Assembly (NCBI GenBank): GCA_002633005.1
Contig: NMRA01000120.1
Coordinates: 621,940 to 685,939, forward strand
From: Phoronis australis
Taxonomy: Eukaryota; Animalia; Phoronida
Direction of reading: 5' to 3'
Length of the DNA: 64,000 bases
The notes beneath the pieces were generated by a model, which was not told the DNA's origin, made no database searches, and was given only the letters and a program-made list of their open reading frames with translations. Shown here one piece after another: positions 56,760 through 64,000 of the stretch; position 1 is the stretch's first letter, and every line of letters starts with the position of its first letter. The position numbers and the translations under genes were made by a program.

Positions 56760-57017
56760 CATGCGCGCACCCAGGGGGGAGGGCTCGGGGGGCTCGAACG
56801 AGCCCCCCATTTGGCGAAGTGGGCAAAAAGGTCTGACCACGAGTGACAAATAGTCTGAGAAAATGGGACAAGTCCACTAAATAAGCGGAAACGCGCAATT
56901 CACAGTGGTACTCCCCCGTTTTTTTTTCTTTTTTAGTCTGCCCGCTCTTTTGTTAGCAAAAGCTTCACAGTGTCGGCAATTCGAGCTCCCCCATATTGAA
57001 GGCTGGGTGCGCGCATG
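56760..57017. mobile_element. MITE (CATGCG-ended family, copy 2) with 5-bp TSD
   Basis: Perfect 15-bp TIR CATGCGCGCACCCAG / CTGGGTGCGCGCATG. TSD GTCTG at 56755-56759 and 57018-57022. Homologous to 35807-36051. Confidence 0.85.
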
Positions 57018-59591
57018 GTCTGCATGCCGCGTTTCCGCTTTCACGGCCTACGTGGAAATATTCCTTCGAAAATTGCGCTTACGACATAATGAATCCGCCC
57101 GTGTAAACCCCACCACTTTTGGCACTTAGTTGTCTCCTGCAGCCGAAGGAAGGTGACTTCTTTTGACATAATGAAGGACACATGAATACGCGAGACATCT
57201 AACCACGGTTCTTATTTCTCATAGTTGATTAGTCGCATTCCACATAAAGGCAAGGCGATAAGTTGAGGCGAATTTTAATTAAAATTGAAGAAGCGCTGAG
57301 CATATTGCACATTCCGTGTTTTGTTCCTGGTGTCACCAAAAGGATTTGACGGCTAAGCCTTTCCTAACTAATCTCGCTCACCTTTTAGAAATCTATGGGC
57401 TGCCCGTTGCGAATCTGTCGCTTACTACCTCAAACTCACCAAACTTGTCGTGATGGGCTCACTAATGTACTGTAGCAGAACTAACGCGACTGCTCAGTGC
57501 TGGGCAGTGTTGCCTTGGATGGCTCTGGCAGAGGGTGATTGACTGTACGTGGAAACGTTGCCATCGCAGTAGGACTTACCCACAAACAACCAAGTCGAGA
57601 AAACCCAACCTCAGCGATACTTGGCGTGCGTTCCGTGCAACACACTTGACAGGCTGCGCCTAGCAGCACAACTGCGAAGTGCTACTGAAGCATAAATTCA
57701 ACAAGTGACGTTGAACTGTAAGCCACGAATAAATGTGCAAGTAAATAATAATAATATATGTTATTTCTTGCCAGGTTTACGTGAGTCACTGAAAAAAAGG
57801 GGGGGGGGGTGGATACAGATACCTTCCAGCCTAAACCATCACTCACAATTCAAGATAACACTTAACCATGTTCACTTGAAAATTCAAAGCTGTTGCAATT
57901 TTCTTGTTTGAATTCAGGCTACCGATTGACACTCAGTTGAGGTACATTGACCACACCCACTTGAATTAAACTCTTTCTACAATACACGTTGAAACACGTG
58001 ACTGATCAGAACCATCATGGAATGAAACTGCGACAGGAGACTTACCACAACTACCACCATCAGTCTGAAACTCAGTTATTGAATACCCTCATCTGATGAA
58101 CCTCGTGGCTGTAGAACCGGGTGACATCTTAACTGAAGAGTTAAATGCATAATTATTCACATCACTATCGCACAACAAATGATACCGTGCTCCGTTGTCA
58201 TTTTTGCAAACACGTTTCAATTGCAAGCAACGCGCAGAACACCCAACAACAACAACAACAACTGAAGATCACGTTCCTTACCCTGTGCATTTCTTGCCCA
58301 TTCCAACCAAACTTCATGTGGCAAACGGTTAACAATAACAGGAGTCAAAATCAGGCCAAACCCGTCTCCATCGACACCAAGAGATTCCATACTCTTTACA
58401 GATGAGTTCAGTTGGACGAAGATTTTTCCACAATGCAGTTACGTTGTTGTAGCTTACAAGCAATATAGAGATAAGAAATCTTGCATATGGTATAAGTAAG
58501 CTACCTTTTCAGGTTTTATGATTTGCGTGCCATTCTAAGGTGTGGCTATACTTTGTGAAGACGGGGACAGATCTTTAATGTATGCTCATACCACTTCTTC
58601 CAGTAAAACTTTGCAAATTGGTGATATTCTGATGCTTTGTTTCATGACAAAACATTTATATTTTTGAGCTCCATACGGAAAGTCACAATTGGTCAGCTCG
58701 CCTGCAAGGGTGTTACGGTGTGGACTAGCCTATTAATCTTTTAAACAAAGTTGCTCCGTTTCCACCAGTCCCGTCACTTTCATGGTTCGTTTGACCACCC
58801 ATGATGGCGTGTGATTTGTAAAACGAAACCTGGGCTCGTAACGAAGATCGATCTAAATCCGCCTACACGCATAAAATATGAATTGAATTCATTCACGAGC
58901 GGACGGCATTGCTATCGGGCCTTAGTGAGCAGGCAAAAGCTATGGGTTCACGAACACTGGTTTGTGTCCTGATTCTCGATGCGATTGGTCGGCTTGTTAA
59001 TGTTGGTATAAAACAACCATCCACACTACAAGTTTTTGCCAGATTCATTTCCGGGTTGTGAGATTAATTGCTTTTCCGCTAGAGAGAACATGAGAACAAT
59101 GTACTTTGAGTGTTGAAAGACTCTCGTAGCGTTTCGACCGTAGCGAAATACCCCTTTTATCGTCAAGGTCTCCACTTTCCGAAGGGTCTTCCCTAGAAGT
59201 CTCGATAATTGGAACAATTTACAGAAATCCTTTGTCTCACTACAAGTGCCCTATCTTCAATTTCTCAATTGGAAAGATTTGGTCGGAGTGCCCGACCGCG
59301 TGACCAAAAATGGTTACGAACGACCGCAGCGGCAAAAGTTGGTGAAAACTGACAGCCTTAATTGCGACCGGCAAAATAATACATATACATGGAAACAAAA
59401 TAAAGAGAACGTTATTTGTAATCGTCAAAATATTTTCAAAGACCAAAACTTCCCTTTACTATGTTCAGTCTTAGTAATAATATCTCATGAACTTGACATG
59501 GCAACGTTGCATTATCTTCTAGTTACACAGGTTTAGGAATGGTCAACTATCTTCTAATTATGTAATTAACGACTTCTTTTTGTCATTGCAG

Positions 59592-59808
59592 ATATAGCTT
59601 GTACTACGCTAACAACGGCGAAGATGAACTGCTGCGAGGAAGAGCAACGAAATGTTGGTCAAGGAACAAGGAGTTCGGAGAATACACAAGTTATCTCGGG
59701 GGAGTATTTTACTTGAGACCAGGAGACGAGCTATTTGTCAAAGTGTCCAATGTTTCTGAGGTATCCCGGCTTGCCCTGTCGAACAACTTCGGACTATACA
59801 TGTTGTAA
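59592..59808 (+). CDS. TNF superfamily ligand, coding exon 5 (C-terminal THD, stop)
   Basis: Pyrimidine tract and TTGCAG acceptor, phase 2. YSLYYANNGEDELLRGRATKCWSRNKEFGEYTSYLGGVFYLRPGDELFVKVSNVSEVSRLALSNNFGLYML* has the SxYxGGxFxLxxGDxLxVxV...FG THD C-terminus. Spliced CDS is 993 nt, 330 aa plus stop. Confidence 0.93.
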
Positions 59809-59888
59809 TTCCAGGGTCTTCCGCACCACCATTGTTGGCCCACAATTTTTTTGCACCAATCGTCGCCGTTGTCACCCCTCTCTCTATG

Positions 59889-60421
59889 ATGGGCCATTGG
59901 GGGGAAAGTGTCGCCGGAAAAATACGAGCGTAATTGTGTACATTACGCCGTTATTTACGCCGTTAATTACGCCGTAAAGTTACGAGCGTAATTTAATTTT
60001 TTATGGCGTAAAATTACGCTCGTAATTTAGCTTAAACTCTTAGCCAATGACGTTGGGTTTTACAATCCACGATTGCTCATGGAAATACTTATTTACTGAC
60101 TGGTTTCATGTCTACGATACGAGCGCTGAATCATGGCGAATCAAATCGCTGCTGCCATGTCAGCGATTGTGCAAGAACGAGCTGCCCAGCAACAGTCGTG
60201 TAGTTAGGTCATCACCGATTGGTTTAAATTTGGAACGTTCTTAAGGTATTTTACGAGCGTAATTTATTTCCCCCATTTAATTTACGGGCGTAATTTTACT
60301 GCAAAACTTTTGCAATAATTTAACTTACGTTCGTAATTACAAGTGTAATTTTACGGCGAAACTTTCCCCATTTAATTTACGAGCATAATTTTACGGCGAC
60401 ACTTTGCCCTCAACGGCCCAT
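59889..60421. mobile_element. Foldback/MITE-like element with TTACGAGCGTAA-type repeats, in the putative TNF 3' UTR
   Basis: TIR ATGGGCCATTGGGGGGAAAGTGTCGCCGGAAAAATACGAGCGTAA vs TTACGAGCATAATTTTACGGCGACACTTTGCCCTCAACGGCCCAT, with many internal TTACG..CGTAA units. Confidence 0.8.
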
Positions 60422-60919
60422 TGCATCTCTCCCGTCGCGACGCTTGTTGCTGTACTAATCTAAAAATCACATTTACTACATCAATCACCAATTATTGCTG
60501 GAGTCGTGTACTCCGTAACCTACACCACATAGTTTTCGAAACTCATGAGTGACCTGACACTAATGATCAAAAAACGACAACCACGTGCCCAATGAGATAA
60601 ATATAACAAAAGTTGACATCACGTGGTTTTCGTTGAGCGGATGGTCCGCCATCTTGCTTATGAACCATCAATTCACAGATTTGAATTTCAATGTAAACAA
60701 AGCTGAAAAAGTTGTGTTTTAATGACTTAACACAACCTACGGAAATATGGTTTACCGTATAATAAGCTGGGAGGATCTGATTTCATTGTATTTATTCTAT
60801 TCTAGTTCCAGTGTGATGAATTTGTCACATTTTAAAATCATGGGAACGTGCTGCACCTTTTTATATTTTTTAGATTTTACAGTGTTGTATTGTATATCTT
60901 TGATGATATGCCATTGTTA

Positions 60920-60984
60920 AATAAATTACTCAATTTACAATATTCAATATAATAGCATCCTTCATCAACAGAAACAGAAATAAA
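60920..60984 (+). terminator. Candidate polyadenylation signals of the TNF-ligand gene
   Basis: AATAAA at 60920-60925 and 60979-60984, the first ones I found downstream of the stop codon. Confidence 0.35.
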
Positions 60985-61559
60985 GTATAATCAAACACTA
61001 TATGACAATTGACATTTAAGATGTGGCGTAATGAATATGATACATTGTAGCGGAAAAAATCAAGGATATAATTTAAGAAGTTTTTATGTTTAATCCATCA
61101 CGTTCAAGTGTATTGAGCTTATAATAAGGGTAAACAGGTGTATCAACATAGGCCAACGCAAGCATTAGACAAGCTATCATCCGTGAATTCGTCAGGTGGT
61201 TGTGATAATTCGAAAATTATCAATCGTAATCGTTAATAGAGGATAGTCGCAGCTGTTACTTGGATTCACTTTCTGGGCGGCACTAGGAGTCATCGTGACG
61301 CCGCAACTCTCCACCACCGCCTTATATCCTCTTTAAGACCGTGTATTTTAAAAGGCCGTTATCAACTAGGGTACATTTTCTGCCACCGGAAATTAAACCC
61401 AGTTGATCCGCTTGCACTTCCTCCTGTTTCTCTCCTGTAAAAGAAATCTGTATACTCGATCACTTATACTTTCTACTGACTCTTCCTCTTGTTGTTAATG
61501 TCGTGACTGAGGAGGTTCATTTCCGTTTCCGTAACTAAAGGTGGCACTGAACAGTTAGT

Positions 61560-62300
61560 CGTGGCCAATTTGCACTCCCAAAATATTAAAATCTAGGGAT
61601 ACGCCAGGCTTGGGGACATTTTTAGTTAGGTATTGCGTGTAGGCCATGTGAATGTGGTTTGTTTGTATTTGTGAAGATGTTGAGATTGAAACAAGACCAC
61701 TTGTTTGGCTGTGGCTGCACTCTCCTTCAAGATAGCGGCCACGTACGTGTTGCACTTGGGCATTGCTGGGTGGCAACTGAGAAATTGGCCGCGATTTCAG
61801 GTAGCCCTCAAACAAGCCAGATTTGCCAAAAAACTAGTTTGTTGACAGTACTTTTGGACAACATTTTTGGAATCGATAGGAAATTCGTTTACGGAATCTG
61901 GCTGTAGTCGAGCATCGGCAGGAAATTGGTGGTTTTGGGGGAAAAGTGCCGATTTTACGTTTTTTGCCCCTATTTTTCTTAGTTTAGCTTGGTTTTCAGT
62001 GGGAGTGAAAGGGTCAAAAATACAAGAGGAAATAAAATTTCTTTGCTCATCTGTAGGGCTTATGATGTGAAATGATTCAAACTTTTCTTTATTTGCATGC
62101 AGTTTTTGACAGAGTGAAGAAAGGGTGAAGAGTCCATTGACGTGTGTTCTGGTAGGCCAACACCTGCGGGAACTGTTCTGTGCTCCCTAAGTCCAGGGCA
62201 TTTATACCCTTTTGAATACATAAGGCAATGACGTCCATGTCCAATTTCATTGTCTTTTTCGCAACATTTGAAAAGGATGTGACGCGGCGTTGAAGGCACT
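61560..62300 (-). pseudogene. Decayed Academ-type (XPG-like domain) transposase relic
   Basis: Collinear minus-strand motifs across frames: DMDVIALC (cf. DTDVxxL), LGSTEQF (cf. FGTGKxxR), SPFLHSVKNC (cf. LPFFHAFTGCD), SRPISQLPPSNAQVQHVR (cf. RxLExLPPTxxALxQHxKR). Recognised by eye. Confidence 0.45.
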
Positions 62301-63525
62301 AGTTGAGTGAATTGCTTTTAAAGGAATATAGGAAACGTCCACAGTCTGGAACAAGTACCACAGCCCAGCTAGAAATATTGCCAGACTAAAGCTAAGGGAA
62401 CACTACCCGTCACAGACAATAGCTCGCTTCAACGACCAATTCTGAGACGCGACTCGACTACAGATACCATGAGTTTGTAAGCATAAGCGTCAAACAATTT
62501 CCTTTGTCTCATTCCTATTGAAAATACGCCAGTCACTCTCTCACTAAAAACGTTCAAATTTAAGGTAGTGCAGTCGATCAAAAATATACTTTCCGGTTGA
62601 TATCGAGTTATCGCTGAAACAGGATTTAAGAAACGAAACAGATTATGCACTCAAACGAACAGATGCCAAAGTTTACTTTGCCGAGGGAATTATTGGATTT
62701 TCCATTAAGTCCTTCCTCAATATATTCTGTATGCATTGGCAACACAAAGACGCGAAAACCTTTGAACGTACACAAGTCAAATTATACGAGAAATAGTCTT
62801 GTCTTCCAGTTTTCTAAATTTACGTGAAAACTTTTGGTTTCTTCATTAAAACATTAAAATGCCCCTATCACAAAAGTAGATCTTTTTGAAAATAATTACT
62901 CACAGCCCTTCGGAAATAGTTTCAGAAACTTTTATTTGAATCTGACAAGCCACGTCGGAAATAGATGTTTCAGATTTGGACATGTTTCTAACGAGAAGAA
63001 AGGTACATTCACAACCAATCAATGGTTCTCGTGATAAAATGGGTCATTTCAAAAACAATTCTAAGCACAGTTTTCTATAAGGATGCATAAAACACAGTAT
63101 CTGAAAGCTTTTTTATGAATCCGATAAGATATTTCTAAGATATTATGATCCGAAGTGAGCCAAATTTTGGGTCATTTTAGGATCTTTTTAACATTTTTGG
63201 AAAATAATAATTCTTTACATAATTACATAGGTTGACTATCTAGCGCTCAAAATATGGTAATAACAATCCGTCGATACGAGACTGACGCGTTTATCAGAAA
63301 AAAATATAAGGTCACTGAAAACCCTCATTTATCTGAGTCATAAACGTCTTTGGGTTTCTAATCTCCAGGTCACGCCTATAATTAGTTACAATTATCTGGG
63401 AATTTCCCACTGTAATAATTTATACTGGTTTTTGTTATATCCAGTGCGAAACATGAAATAGATTGGTTATTTAATCGTTCGCTCAAGTTCACCGGAAAAA
63501 ATTAAGAGCTGACGACACAAGTTAT

Positions 63526-63987
63526 GTAGGACCCGAGAAAAATTCCAAATTCGACTAAGTTTGAAATAACATCTCAAAAATGGCGTTTCGGTTTCATTTT
63601 AAACTTACTCGTATCATGTTGCAAGCAGTGTTCTCGAAACTACTGATAGGAATTATTTGTAAATTGTTTCACCTTTGAATGTCAGGCTATCAAAGATAAG
63701 ATTTTATGGCTCTCATGAACAAATGAAATGCTGCTTAAAACCAAAACGAAAGGATTTTATTGAAAACTGTGACGTAGGACCCGATTAAGTTCGAAATATC
63801 ATATCTCGGAAATAACGTTTCGGTTTCACTTTTAACTTACACATATCATGCTTGTTGCAGTGCTCTCGAAACTGTAAGAGTTATTTGTAAATTGTTTCAC
63901 TTTTGCTGTCAGGCTATCAAAGATAATATTTTTGGTTATCATGAACAAATGAAAAGCTGTACAAAATCGGATTATTTTAAAAACTGT
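63526..63987. repeat. Diverged tandem duplication, ~250-bp unit x2 (may continue past window end)
   Basis: Units start GTAGGACCCGA at 63526 and 63774. Shared blocks include CGTTTCGGTTTCA, TTATTTGTAAATTGTTTCAC, TGTCAGGCTATCAAAGATAA and TCATGAACAAATGAAA. Confidence 0.85.
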
Positions 63988-64000
63988 AAAAGTGCTTCTG

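Noticed and set aside
61330-61437. Possible minus-strand terminal exon of a convergent gene
   Set aside because: Good acceptor but short, unrecognisable peptides in all frames and no credible upstream exon.

Overview
Eukaryotic, AT-rich, intron-containing animal DNA, most likely a marine invertebrate (lophotrochozoan-like; this is inference). It is not prokaryotic, so most ORF-track entries are noise. One host gene is well supported: a 5-exon, + strand TNF-superfamily ligand (TRAIL/TNFSF10-like, type II membrane protein, 330 aa; exons 44239-44625, 45646-45682, 49497-49616, 51435-51666, 59592-59808; all introns GT-AG with consistent phases). It has a perfect NF-kB site just upstream and related foldback elements on both sides. 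The ~44 kb upstream has no convincing host gene and contains scattered MITEs and transposon relics. The most striking object is an RTE-clade LINE (38519-~40295) that is 5'-intact but 3'-truncated. Its 5' UTR starts with a fully pairable HDV-like self-cleaving ribozyme with a ~165-nt J1/2 insert. This is followed by a block that, from memory, resembles the 5' part of domain I of group IIB introns, then a pseudoknot-like element and a frameshifted APE endonuclease ORF. Everything was read by eye; no searches were run.
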